Origin: Euglena gracilis
Taxonomy: Eukaryota
Assembly (NCBI GenBank): GCA_039621445.1
Contig: CP154954.1
Span: 38,773,816-38,837,815, forward strand
DNA: 64,000 nt
Reading direction: 5' to 3'
Positions 33,621 through 47,387 of the stretch are shown piece by piece. Each line of letters begins with the position of its first letter. Position 1 is the first letter of the stretch. Below the pieces are notes generated by a model. It made no database searches. It was not told where the DNA came from and was given only the letters and a program-made list of their open reading frames with translations. The translations under genes and the position numbers were made by a program.

Positions 33621-36600
33621 CCCCCCCCCCAGTCTACCGCCTTGCGCCCCCCCCCCCCAGTTACACCCCCGTGACCCCCCCGTGACCTGAGAATCGATCC
33701 TTCGCCATTCTTTTTTTTCAGCATTTTTTTAAAAAAAAACAATGAACTTTCATGCATCCTTCTCCGCCCAATGCGCCTTCACACCCAAAAATTGGGGGTC
33801 AGGGGGGAAATATGACACTTTGCAGGTAGCCGGGAGGCAACATGCATGACGTGGCATCGCGATAAAATTGGTCATTTTTTGAAAAGGTAATTTTGTTAGG
33901 ATTTTCTTGACCAACACGTTTTTGGGATGAAGTTTGGGCCATTTTTGACAAAATTCCGTTTTGGGTGGGGAAATGCACCAGTTTTTGGCACTTCTTTCAG
34001 GGGAAAAGATTTTTGGCCCCCGCCCCGTGACCCCCCCCCCCATGACCCCCCCGCGACCCGCACCACCCCCTTGAAAAACGGCTTGTTTTTTTGTTTCAAA
34101 AAAACAAGCCGTTTTTTTAAAAAAATTTCATCTGTCTCGGGGGGGGTTGGAAGTGGGGGGGAGGGGGGGGGTCCCGGGAGGGGGGGGGGTTGGAACTGTA
34201 CGGGGGGGGGGAGGGGGGGGGTCCCAAGGTTTGACCAACTGTGCTGCCTTGTCCCCCCCCCACGGGCTTCCGGACGCCGGTTCTGTCCTAAAGCCCGGCG
34301 TTAGGAACGCCGGCTTTGTCCAAAGCCCGGCGTCCGATTTTCATTCCTAAAAATGTCACCAAAAGTGCCCAAAAGTGGCCCTAAGGTGCTGGTATGAGTG
34401 TTTCAACCATCAAGGACAATGAATTTTGCCATCTGAGCAGGCTGGGAGGGACATGCGGATTTTGTTTGTCCACCAGCTGGGATTTCTGAGTCATGGCCAG
34501 CCCCCCCCCCCAGGACCAAGGAGCGTTCTGGGGGGTGGAACTGGCCATGGGGTCGTCACCAGAGGGTGGAGGGGTCCCCCGGGGCTTCCTCCGCTCCGCA
34601 GTTTTTTCAAATGAAGGAAAAAGTGGCACATTTCTTCAAGGAAATGCTTACTTTGACTTCGAACAAGAGCAAACTTGAGCGGTTTTGTTCTTGATGAGAT
34701 TTTTGTTTGGTTCCCCTGAATCTGCCCGCGTTTTCAGGGTTGCCTACATTTGGATTTTGACCTTGTACCGGCGGTTGTTTAATGTGACCCCCCACCCCCA
34801 AATCTCTGACACCAGCCGTGCATGGGACAAGTACCACCCCCCCCACCCATAATTGACACCCCCGACACCCTCCAAACCCCCCAGGTAGTGTCAATTATGG
34901 GGGGGTGTCAATTATGGGGGGGTCCGAACGGACAAGGCAAAATACAAGGGACTCCTGACAAACCCCGGCGGAAAAGACGCGAGCGGCTGAAAAAATTTTC
35001 GGTCGGGGGGGGGGGTGTCAATTATGGGGGGGTGTCAATTAGGGGTGGGGGGGGTGGTAAGGTTGGACGATTAATCTTAATCGACGGCACCGAACAATTA
35101 ATGCCGATTAATCGGGGGGTGGCGAAGGCCCGCCTGTGCAATTTTGGGAGGGGGTTGCTTTGCAGTGCCGATTTGGCCAACGTTGCAATTGCAATTTTCA
35201 GCCTTGGTGTTTCAGAAGCTTGTTTTGAGCACAATTTTTCTCACCAGAGTCTCCTGCATAGCGACTTGCGCGCTAAGCTGGATGACTCTTCCATCCGTGG
35301 TCTGATGTCTGTGCGTATGAATCTATCCCGTTTGTTTCCGAACAGGTCTCCCCCAAAAGAAAGCAACACACAGTGACATTTCTGTGAGACAGAGCCTCCA
35401 AAATGATCACTCCCAAGTGTTTTCCTGCCCTGCTTTCTCAATGGTTTCCTTGGGAAGACCGATTATTTCGATTAATCACCCCCTGGCAGAATCAAGGGGT
35501 GGCGAACGATTAATCAAAAGAATCGATTAATCGAAACAACCTTAGGACAAGGTCGACAAGATCGGGGGGGGGGGGGTCAACAAATTTCTTTTGGCAGACC
35601 CTGGCCCAGAATTTTGGCCGGGCGGGAGGGGGGACAAGATCGGGGGGGGGGGGGGAGGGTCCAAACTCACCATTGCTTGTCCCGTTTGCAAATGTAAAAT
35701 TGATGGGTTCTGAGAGGGCATTGGTTTTTCCCCCTTTGTCGGCGGTTGCTTGTTGGAAGTGCGGTTATTTTTTTTAAAAAATTTGGAGAAGGAATGGTGT
35801 GATTGTCGTCAAAATTGGACAGTATGAATTGTTTCTTCTGATGAACCAAACTGACCAAGCGTCAAACAAAGCGAAGCGTGAAGGCGTGGGGTTACACTTT
35901 GAACGCAATACAAGATTTGAGGACTGCCTCAATTCATGTGCTTATTATTTTTTTCTAAGTTTCAATTACCATGTCCAAAAGTTTAATAACTTTGTCCAAA
36001 AGTTTCAGTAGTTTTGTCCAAAAGTTTCAATAATTTGTCCAATTTGGTCCAAATAGTGTCAATAACCCTGTCCACTCACTGTAGGCGCCGGGTTCATGAC
36101 AGAACCGGCTTCCCCAACCTTCGGTCAAAGGACACTCCCAGGACCCCCCTGGCGATAATGGGGGGGGTTACTCAATTTATCCTGGGTCCATGGGTAACCC
36201 CCCCTAAATTGTCGCCCCCCAAGGGGGGGGGGGGACTATAAGGGGGGGTGACAAAGAGGGGGGTCACGTTTTGTGCTTCGATATAGGTGCAGATATAAAC
36301 ATAGATGTAAATATAGACATGGATATAGACATAGACATAGATATACGGCCAATTAGGGGGGGGGGTTAGGGGTACCCCTCCTAATTGTCCCCCACCCCTA
36401 ATTGGCCAGAAGGGAGGTCCGGGCCGCCCAGAGGGCGGCCAAATAGAGGGAGGGTCACGTTGGGGGTGTCTCCCCCGCGTCCCCCCCGCGTCCCCCCCCC
36501 GCGTCCCCCCCGCGTCCCACTTTGGACCCAAAATTTTGTTCTCGAGACAGCCAAATTCAGGAGGCTGATTCCTAATTTCAGGCAAATTTGAGGTTGGTGA

Positions 36601-36837
36601 TTCCTAATTTGGTGTGGGTGATTCCTAATTTGCGGTGGGTGATTCCTAATTTGGGGTGGGTTAGTCCTAATTTGTTGTGGTAGGATCCTAATTTGGCTAA
36701 ATGTTTCTCGCGGCAAATTCCTAATTTCGCTGTCCCAAAAATGGCGTCTCCCCCGCGTCCCCCCCCCCGCGTCCCCCCCCCGCGTCCCCCCCGCGTCCCA
36801 GACACCCCCGTTAGATAGATAGATAGGAGGCTAGGCA

Positions 36838-37313
36838 TAAGGTTGTGCTAATTAATCGTTTCGGGCTGGCGAACGATTAACCGCGATTAATCGGGGTGTC
36901 TCGGACGATTAACGATTAATTGGTCCCTTCCAATTTTTGATGATGAAATCTGTCTGAGAAATTCTAATATCGAACCTAGACCATTTCTTTGTGTGCCCGG
37001 TGACGAATTTTTGTTTCATTCTCTGTCGACATGGCAGAACAAAGCTTATTAGGAACTGCTGTATCTAAATCAGAATCGCGCGATGTTTCACGGGCACGTT
37101 CGCTGACCACTTTTAACAACCGTTTTCATGGTGTACTAGCAAGTAGTGTGCTATTTGACTGACTACCCCACGAATTTTTGTTGATTTCAACAAAAATTGT
37201 GCCTATTGTGGTTTACATCCACAATGAACGATTAATCACCATGGGCCGAACGATTCGATTAATCGGCGATGACGAACGATTAATCGATTAATCGATTAAT
37301 CGAAACAGCCCTA
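36838..37313. mobile_element. TIR element with CGATTAATCG subterminal repeats and a 7-bp TSD
   Basis: CTAGGCA at 36831-36837 and 37314-37320; related element at about 35058-35544. Confidence 0.75.
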
Positions 37314-37982
37314 CTAGGCACCTTGGGGGGGGGGGGCTGGGGGGGGGGCGAGCGGCCGCGGGGGGGGGGGGGGGGGAGGGGGGTCCGAGGGCAGCCGCGC
37401 GGGCGGAACGCACCCTAGAATTCATGATTTTCGGGTCCAAAAAGTGGTCATTTTTTGCCATTTTGGGCGATTTTTGACCAAAAAAGTGCTTTTTTGGCCG
37501 CGCGCAGAGTGCGCGGCCCCCAAATTTGCCATTTTGTGTTCGAAAATGATCATTTTTGGTCATTTTTGGGCCTCAAAAAATTGCGATTTTTCACCGAAAA
37601 TTTTTTTCTTGGCTATGCACAGTGGGGGGAGGGGGGGTCCGGGGGGGGGGGGGGGGGCGAGCGGCCGCGCGGGCGGCCGCGCAGGGGCCGCGCAGGGGGG
37701 GGGAGGGGGGGTCCCGGACCCCCCCCCCCGAGCGGTGCGCCTAGCCTCCATAGATAGACAGATAGATGGATGGATGGATGGATAGACAGATAGACAGATA
37801 GGTGGATAGGTAGAAGGGTAGATGGTTAGATGGATAGATAGATAGATAGTCAGACAAGGCAAAATTCCTTTATGATGCTGAAAAAAGGGCCCAAATAACC
37901 TGGCAGGGGGGGGAGGGCCAAAAGTTGGTTTAATTTTGGATTGCCTTATGCTTCCTCACCCTTCAGCCATTTTCCAGCCGGG

Positions 37983-38349
<367 letters not shown>

Positions 38350-41300
38350 ACGTGACCCCTCCTGTTTGTCACCCCCCCCCAATAGTCCACAATTAGGGGG
38401 GGGTTACCCCCCACAATTAGGGGGGGGGTTTGAATAGTGCTGAGCTCTTTATAAGCGCACACCCACCCCTTCATTGACCCCTCCATACATACCGGCCCAC
38501 TCCATGGAGCTCTTTTGCCTGAAATCCATGGGATTTGTGCCAGAAACAGGGCGCCGGTGGGTCGAAAAACACTCATTTTCGGCTCGAAAACAGTTTTTCC
38601 GGGTCCGGGAGGCCCAAAAACATTGTTTTGGTCCAAAAAAAATGTTTCGATTTTTTTCGACTTTTTTGACCGGGTTTGACTCAAAGTCAATGGGTCGGCG
38701 GCCCAAAACGGGGCGCTAGCGGGCCGAAAACCGCTCGTTTCTGGCTCAAAAACAGTTTTTCCGGGTCTGGGAGGCCAAAAAACATCGTTTCGGGCAAAAT
38801 TTTTTTCGATTTTTCGACTTTTTTTGACCCGGTTTGGACCCAAAGTCAATGTGACGGCGGTCCAAAACGGGGCGCCGGCGGGTCGAATAACGCTCGTTTT
38901 CGGCTCAAAAACAGTTTTTCTGGGTCCGGGAGGCCAAAAAACATCGTTTCGGGCAAAAAAATTTTTTCGGTTTTTTTCGACTTTTTTGACCCGGTTTTGA
39001 CCCAAAGTCAATGAGTCGGCGGCCCAAAACGGGGCGCTGGCGGGTCGAAAAACGCTCATTTTCGGCTCAAAAACAGTTTTTCTGGGTCCGGGAGGCCAAT
39101 AAACATCGTTTCGGGCAATTTTTTTTCGATTTTTTTTCGACTTTTTTGGCCAAAAATGGCCAAGTGGAACAGAGGGAAAAGTGTACAAAATGGCCTGAAA
39201 CGGCCCAAATTGGCCAAAAAACGCCCGTATCTCGGGCTGGGCAGGGAGTTGCGGGGAAACCAAAATCCCAGTAGATAGAGCGTTCCAAGGGCTTCAATTT
39301 AGGTCTGTGGACCTTTCCTTTGATTTTGCATCATTTTCGAGAAATTTTGAAAACCTTGATTTTTTGACCCCCCACCCCCCGAAAACGGCAAAGTCGGACA
39401 ATGGGAAAAGTGTGCAAAACGGTCATCCGGGTCGAAAACGGCCGTATCTCGGGCTAGGGGGGAGTTGCGGGGGAAATCAAAATACTGGTAGATGGGGCGT
39501 TCCAAGGGCTTCAAATTAGGTCTCCGGACATTTCTTTTGATTTGGCTTCATTTTGGAGATATTTTGAAAATTGACATTTTTTGGCCGAAATGGCAGAGTC
39601 CAAAGGGGGGGGAGGCTTATCCACGGGGGGGCCGGGCCGATCCTACCCAGTTTGGGCCCCTTCGCGCGTGAATAACTCGGGTCTGGCGGGGAGTTGGGGG
39701 TCAAACCCAGGTGATTCGGAAACTAGAAATCCAGTCGCATCTGAAAAAAAATTCCGGGAACTGGGCCGGGGTCATGGTGATAATCCGCGGTTTTCACGGT
39801 CTACCCAGAGGGGGGGGGGGCGGGGGGAGGGGGGGGGGGCGGGTCCGACCCCCCACTTTTCCCTGGTGGTGAGCTTCGCTATTACTCTAAAGAGATAAGA
39901 GCTCAGCGACCAGGGTGTGACGTAGAGCTGAGCTCTTTGGGAGACCACCCCAGCCCTGCCCGGCGGCCCGGCCCGGCCGGCGGCCCAGCGGCCCGGCGGC
40001 CCGGCCCGGCCGGCGGCCCGGCTGGCGGGTCGAAAAACGCTCATTTTCGGCTCAAAAACAGGTTTTACGGGTCCTGGAGGCCAAAAAACATTGTTCTGGG
40101 CAAAAAAATTTTTTTCGATTTTTTCGACTTTTTTGGCCCGGTTTTGACCCAAAGTCAATGTTGGTGGCCCAAAACGGGGCGGTGGAGGGTCGAAAAACGC
40201 TCATTTTTGGGTCGAAAACACTTTTTTCGGGTCCGGGAGGTCAAAAATCATGGTTTTGGGCAAAAAAAAATTTTTCGATTTTTTTCGACTTTTTGACCCA
40301 AAAATGGCCAAGTCCACCGGCCAGGGGGGGGGGGGGGCGGGCCGGCCCCACCCAGGGGGGACAGGGGGGGGGGGTCCGGGTCGGAAAATTTTTTTTCGCC
40401 CAAAAACACTTTTTTTGATGTTCTGAAGTGAAAAAAAGTGTTTTTGAGCGAAAAAAAATTTTTCAAAATTTTGGGTCCCGACCTGCCACCCGACCCTCCT
40501 CGCCCAGGACCCCAGTAGGAGTCCCCGAATACCCAAAACTGGCCCAAAATCGCACAACCAGACCCCGGGAACCCCATAAAACGGTCAACACCCCCCCCCT
40601 AAACCTAATGATTGACCCCCTGGTTTGGGTCCCAACTCCCCGTCTAGCCCGACATATGGCCAATTTACGGTTTCGGGCCCCGAATGGGCCCGAAATGGCC
40701 AAAACTGGCCAAACTGGCCCAAAACCCCAAAACGGGCGTATCTCGGGCAAGGAGTTGGCCCAAACCGCGCATACCGATCGATCGGGCGTCCCAAAGTTGT
40801 GGAATGACGTCCTCTTTACTTTTTTTCAACTCCGCAGCGTTTTCGAGGTATTTTGAAATTTTCGATTTTTTGACCCCAAAATCACCCTGCAATTTTCCCG
40901 GAAAAAAAACGGTAGACAACTTTTTTGCTCGGGCCATATCTCCGGACTGGCGGGGAGTTGCGGGTAACCGAAAGGCTCTGGAGAAACTAGGGATCCTCCC
41001 CTAACCTATAGGCTATTCACTTTGAGGGCCCGGAAATCCAATCACATCGATAATCCTCGGGTGCCCGGACCTACCCAGGGGGGCGGGGGGGCGGGGGGCG
41101 GGGGGGGGGGCCGACCCCCCCGTCGCCGGGGTGGTAAGCTTCGCTCTTACTCTAAAGAGATAAGAGCTCAGCGACCCCCCCCCCCTAATATTCGGGGACC
41201 CCTGTTGGGGTTCGAGGGCCGCCGGGCTGGGGGTCCAAAAATCGAAAAATTTCAAAATATCTCGAAAACGCTGCGGAGTTGAGGAAAAGTGATGGCGACC

Positions 41301-43173
41301 TTATTTGACGACCTTGGAACCCCCGATCGATCGGTATGCGCGATTTGGCACATCTCCTTGCCTAGCCCGAGATACGGCCATTTTGGGGGTTTTGGGCCAG
41401 TTTTGGCCATTTCGGGCCAGTTTGGGCCCGAAACCGTAAATTGGCCATATGTCGGGCTAGACGGGGAGTTGGGACCCAAATTGGGGGTCAAACATTACGT
41501 TTAGGGGGGGGGGTTGACCGTTTTTTGGGGTTCCCGGGGTCTGGTTGTGCGATTTTGGCCAGTTTTGGGTATTCAGGGACCCCATCGCGCGCCGTCAGGG
41601 CGGCTGGGTGAGGGGGGGTCGGGTGGCAGGTCGGGACCCAAAATTTTGAAAAATTTTTTTTCGCTCAAAAACACTTTTTTTCACTTCAGAACATCAAAAA
41701 AAGTGTTTTTGAGCGAAAAAAATTTCCGACCCGGACCCCCCACCCCCCCCCCCCTGGCTAGGCCCCGCCCCCCCCTGGCCGGTGGACTTAGCCATTTTTG
41801 GGTCAAAAAGTCCGAAAAATTGAAAAAAAAATTTTTCGCCCAAAACCATGTTTTTTGACCTCCCGGACCCGAAAAAAGTGTTTTCGAGCCAAAAATGAGC
41901 GTTTTTCGACCCGCCGGCGCCCCGTTTTGGGCCGCCGATCCATTGACTTTGGGTCAAAACCGGGTCAAAAAAGTCGAAAAAAATCGAAAAAATTTTTTGC
42001 CCAAAACCATGTTTTTTGACCCCCCGGACCCGAAAGAACTGTTTTCCAGCCAAAAATGAGCGCTTTTTGACCCGCCAGCGCCCCGTTTTGGGCCGCCAAC
42101 CCATTCACTTTAGGTGAAAACCGGGTCAAAAAAGTCGAAAAAAATCGAAAAAAATTTTTTTGCCCGGAACAATGTTTTTTGGCCTCCAGGACCCGTAAAA
42201 CCTGTTTTTGAGTCGAAAATGAGCGCTTTTTGACCCGCCAGCGCCCCGTTTTGGGCCGCCAACCCATTGATTTTGGCTCAAAACTGGATCAAAAAAGTCG
42301 AAAAAATTTGAAATTTTTTTGCCCAAAACGATGTTTTTTGCCTTCCCAGACCCGGAAAAAGCGATTTTGAGCCGAAAATGAGTGTTTTTCCGGGGCCGGG
42401 GTGGTCTCCCAAAGAGCTCAGCTCTACGTCACACCCAAAACTGGCCCAAAATGGCACAACCAGACCCTGGGAACCGCAAAAAACGGTCAAACCCCCCCCC
42501 TAAACCTAATGATTGACCCCCTGGTTTGGGCTCTAACTCCCCGTCTAGCCCGAGATACGGTCAATTTACGGTTTCGGGCCCCGAACGGGCCCGAAATGGC
42601 CAAAACTGGCAAAACTGGCCCAAAACCCCAAAACGGGCGTATCTCGGGCTGGCGGGGAGTTGGCCCAAACCGCGCATACCGATCGATCGGGCGTCCCGAA
42701 GTTGTGGAATGACGTCCTCTTCACTTTTTCTCAACTCTCCGGCGTTTTCGAGATATTTTGAAATTTTCGATTTTTTGACCCCAAAATGGCCCTGCAATTT
42801 CCCCCGAAAAAAAAACGGTAGACAACTTTTTTGCTCGGGCCGTATCTCCGGACTGGCGGGGAGTTGCGGGTAACCGAAGGGCTCTGGAGGTACTAGGGAC
42901 CGTCCCCTAACCTATAGGCCATTCACTTTGGGGGCCACGAAATCCAGCCACATCGATAATCCCGGGGTTTCCGGACCTACCCAGGGGGGCGGGGGGGGGG
43001 GGGGCGGGGGGGGGGGGGGGGGGGTCCGACCCCCCTGTCGCCGGGGTGGTAAGCTTCGCTCTTACTCTAAAGAGATAAGAGCTCAGCGACCCCCCCCCTA
43101 ATTGTCACCCCCCCCAAATGTCGCCGGGGGGGCCAAAACGCTCCGGGGGGGTGCCATATAGGGGGGGTCACGT
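38350..43173. mobile_element. TA-TSD element (TIR ACGTGACCCC, Tc1/mariner-like) inserted in the TAGA array and containing satellite-bearing GCTGAGCTC elements
   Basis: TA|ACGTGACCCC at 38348 and GGGGTCACGT|TA at 43173; the same terminus recurs near 27205, 27522, 29766, 36269, 36460 and 52885. Confidence 0.75.
38540..39150 (+). repeat. ~162-bp satellite inside a GCTGAGCTC-ended element (about 38437-39910)
   Basis: About 4 units; same unit at 40020-40300, inverted at 41800-42390, and at 62250-63190. Confidence 0.9.
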
Positions 43174-43242
<69 letters not shown>

Positions 43243-44064
43243 GGATGGATGGATAGATAGATAGACAGATTGAAAGATAGATAGACAGATGCCATGCCCC
43301 CCGAGCTATTCCCATAGGGGGGACAGGAATAGCTCGCTGTCATAGCACTTTTTACAAAGGACTTCCCAAAATAGAGCTCAAAAACCGAAGTTTTTGAGAC
43401 GTTTTCAAAATTTGCTTTTTGGCAAATGTGCTTAAAATTGACCATTTTTTGCGAACATCCAAAAAATTGCCAAAAATGAAAATGACACCTTTTGGGTTGC
43501 CCGAGGGTCGGGTATGGGAACAGCTCGGGGGGGAGGGGGGCAAAAAATCATGCCCCCCCACCCCCACGCCGAATTATACTGAAAAATTGCCAAAACTTCG
43601 CTATTGCGGGGTGTTTTACCAGCAGTGGTTCTGGTGGCAATGGGGTTTTTGGGGGCGGGGAACCCAGCCGACCTGGTCCCGGGGACTGGTAACACTTTTT
43701 GGCACCCCCAATTTCCTGGCATTGAGGCAATCTGGCCCCAAAAAATCACGCCCCCCCCCCACCCTCACGCCGAATAACACCTATTGCGGGCAAGACTGGG
43801 CATTCAATTCGCTCGTGAAAATTTTCCATCGTGAAATTTATGGCCGGCCGTTGAAAATTTCACGCATTTTTTCAAAAATTTCACTCGTCCTTAGTATGGA
43901 AGACGTATTTCCTTCGTTGTCCCTATTGCACGAAATGAAGTTTTGTGTTCCTCTCCTGCATGCGACGATATTAACTTTTACTAATTTTCCCGGAAGGACT
44001 CGGGACTCGTCAACGTATTTGGAAAAAGAACTGGAGACCCCCTGCGCTTGCCGCCCCCCCACCA

Positions 44065-44405
44065 AAGCTGGCCATCACTCGTGGCCCAAAATTGGCAAGC
44101 ACCTATGGCCCAAAGCTGGCCAGCACCCGTGGCCCAAAACTGGCCAGCACCTGTGGCCAAAACTGGCCAGCGGCTGTGGCCCAAAACTGGCCAGCACCTG
44201 TGGCCCAAAACTGGCCTGCACCCGTGGCCAAAAACTGGCCAGCACTTGTGGCCAAAGACTGGCAAGCACCTGTGGCCCAAAACTGGCCAGCACTTGTGGC
44301 AAAAACTGGCCAGCACCTGTGGCCAAAGACTGGCCACCACCATCTGTGGCCCAAATCTGGCCAGCACCTGTGCTGGCCACCACCTGTGGCCCAAAATTGG
44401 CCACC
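44065..44405. repeat. ~23-bp minisatellite GGCCCAAAACTGGCCAGCACCTG(T)
   Basis: About 14 degenerate units; explains the 414-aa ORF. Confidence 0.9.
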
Positions 44406-45653
44406 AAAACAACAAATAAGAATGCACCAGATTACCATTTTGAAAACAAAACGGACAGACAAACAAAAACCTTCAAGATCCTAGTCACGGCAATCACAGC
44501 AGAATCAGAAAATACACACATTGTCTCTGATGGCTGCAATAAAAACAAAATGGAGCAGTTTTGCAGGCACATGCTCAGGTCCAGATTATTAATGCTTCCA
44601 ATGGCTCATCATCATGTGCTTCCAATGACCTCATTACCCAAGCATATATTTCAACAACTGTGAGATCTGTAGCAGAGAAAAATGAAAATTCACTGACAGA
44701 ATTGTTTGGCAAACCTTTGTCATGGGGAGCTTGGCAATATAAATCCAACACACAGTTTTCACCAGTATCTCACCAGTATCCACTTTCTTTAGCATCTGCA
44801 GCAGGCTCTCCACAATGTCCAAAGTGATGTAGCCAATGGCTTTCCCAAAACGTCAGATAACACAACGTCGAACTGTTTATGAAGTTGAACTCCACTGCCA
44901 CTCTTTCAATCCTCCAGATGCCTTCTGCATATCATCCCAGTGAACAATAATTGCAACAAATATTTGTGACGACAATTGAATTGAAACTCCGTCTCCTTGA
45001 GGATCTGCAATGTGCGTTTCCCGGCCACCCGACCGCTTGTCCGAAATGTTCATGAGAGAAAAATGGACGCTCAGAAGGAACGGCCGCTTGGGTATTTCCT
45101 AGTAGGATTCGTCTATTTTTTCAGTGAAAATATTGAAAATTTTGAAATTTTGAAATTTTCTGAAAAAAATAAAAAATCGTGAAATTTGCCCAGTCTTGAT
45201 TGCGGGGTGTTTTGCCAGCAGTGGTTCTGGTGGCAATGGGGTTTTTGGGGGCGGGGAACCCAGCCGACCTGGTCCCGGGGGCTGGTTGCACTTTTTGGCA
45301 CCTCCCAATTTCCGGGCATTGAGGCAATCTGGCCCCAAAAAAAATCACGCCCCCCCCCCCCCGAGCTGTTCCCCCCCCCTCGTACTGTTCCCATTGGGCT
45401 GTAAAGGGTCCCGGGGACGGGAATAGCTCTAGGGGGGGGGACATGGTAGATAGATGATAGAGATGGGTAAATATACTATACATCGATGGCGAGCCCGCCA
45501 AATGCCTGCCCTGAAATTTGTGGTCATGATTCACGCAAGGAGTCAAAAATGCGAAAATGTGAAATTCGGACCCAAAAAACGGCGCCCTGATGGAAAACGT
45601 GCCTGACCACAGATGCCTTAATGGAAAACGTGCCATTGCCACAGATGCCTTGA

Positions 45654-47387
45654 TGGAAAACGTGTCACCCCCCCTTTTTTCCCGCAGCCCTCCCACCCAC
45701 TTTGCCGTGGCTAAACGCACGGCAAACTTTGTGAATGGCCTTTTGCCACCTCCCCCTAGGACGGAACTGTTCCTGGCTGCTCTCGCGGTACACCAGCAAG
45801 ATGCCAAGAAGCCGAAGGCCTTCATGGCACCTTGCTGGCACAGGGCAACACAAAGAAAAAGTCTGGCTACGGCGCGGAACGTTGCATGGCGGTCAACCGC
45901 CCCGCCAAGTGAGGAACACTCGGTCGAAAATCAGGACCTGACCGATGTTCCGTCTGTGTTTCCCGCCGAGCAACGTTCCGCTCCTGCGGTCAGCAGCTTC
46001 GTAGCGCCTCCCTCCCCTGACCAACCCCGTGTGCCTCGTGCTGTGCAAGGTTGGGTTTTGTTTTTGTATTTTTGGGGGGGTCCCAAAAACAACCCAAAAA
46101 TTTTGGGTACCCCCCCCAAAAACAAATTTTTGGGTCTGTACAAAAGCTGTTGAGCGGACTTAGAAGAATCCTCCTCTCAACAGCAGCCAGCCTCGACAAA
46201 TGTTTTGTGTTTGAGGTATCACAGGTGGGCACCTGTGGTGTTTGCATTGGTGGGCACCACCAATGCAAAAAAGGACATAAATTTTTGTATTTCTCTCTGA
46301 CTTTTTTGCAGGGACCCCAGTAAATTTGCTTAAACGCCAGGAATGCTGCAACTCCCAAAGCATACACCAGAAAGGCTAGGAATTGTTGTGCCTCCTTATC
46401 TGTTCCCCGCCGATTTCTTTGTAATGATGTGTGTTAATTTTCTGCAAAACTTTTCATTGGGGGTGGTGCGGGTCACGGGGGGGGGTCACGGGGGGTCACG
46501 GGGGAAGTATGTCACTTTGCAGGTAGGGTTGATCGTTTTGCGGGAAATTTTTTATTTATTTAATGGAAAAATTTGAGGGAAAATGCGGAAAATTGGAAAT
46601 ATTTCGATATTTCTCCATTCAACAAAAAAATGTCCTGTGAAAAATGGGTCCAAATTACGCCTGCAAAAAAACCACAACGAAATGGGAAATTGGGGAAAAT
46701 GGGGAAAATATTTTCCCACAATTTTCCAACCAGAAGAACAAATTTTGTTGTTGAAAATTCTCCGCGCAATTCTTCAGCAATCCTATTTGGAGGTAGTCGG
46801 GAGGCAGCAATGATCCCGAAAGGAAAGGTTGAAGAGATGAAGGTCATTGAAGGTTCGATTCTCGGGTCACGGGGGGGTCACGGTTTTATAATGAGTTCAT
46901 TATACACATTTAATTTGCATAGGTATGTGCTGTTTAGGGTTAATCGGCAATGGAGGAGCTTGGTGTGACAATTGGCTCCTAACCAATTGCGGTCCACAGC
47001 CTTGTAAAATTTCTTGAATGCTGCATGAAGGATGAAAAGGTCTGCAAAAGTGGACTAAAATAAGGGGGGGGTCCCAAAAACCAAAAATTTGGGCTTTTTT
47101 TGGGTACCCCCCCAAAAAACAAATTTTTGGGGGGGGGGTACCCAAAACCCAAAACCCAACCTTGTGCTGTGTCCCGACTGCCTATAAAACAGGAGAAATG
47201 TGGTTTTTGTGGTGTTGCTATTCCCAAAAATCTAAATTGTGTGGAGCTGAACAAAGTTGTGTGTGACGCCTGCGGTTTGGCATATCATTTTCATGCTCCA
47301 AGGCAACATCTAGCCTTCTGTTGTGTTGTAGAGTGCCCCCGACCCGCCTCACTCGCTGACCACCTCGGCCTCTCAACCGCTCGCTGA
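45654..47387 (+). pseudogene. Cargo ORF split by an insertion; C-terminal PHD-like Cys/His cluster
   Basis: 45654-46045 + 47172-47387 join in frame (PRVPRAV|SRLPIKQEKCGFC...CDACGLAYH) after removing the insert and one TSD. Confidence 0.55.
46046..47164. mobile_element. TIR element CAAGGTTGGGTTTTG with 7-bp TSD
   Basis: TGCTGTG at 46039-46045 and 47165-47171. Confidence 0.85.

Noticed and set aside
35241-35441. hAT dimerisation-domain remnant (LLSFGGDLFGNKRDRF) on the minus strand
   Set aside because: Too short and degenerate to support without an HMM search.
44065-44405. CRISPR-like array (also 32570-33135 and 63525-63870)
   Set aside because: Head-to-tail repeats with no unique spacers, no cas genes, eukaryotic context.
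43419-44663. 414-aa ORF
   Set aside because: Runs through dispersed repeat sequence and a 23-bp minisatellite; no coherent protein signal.
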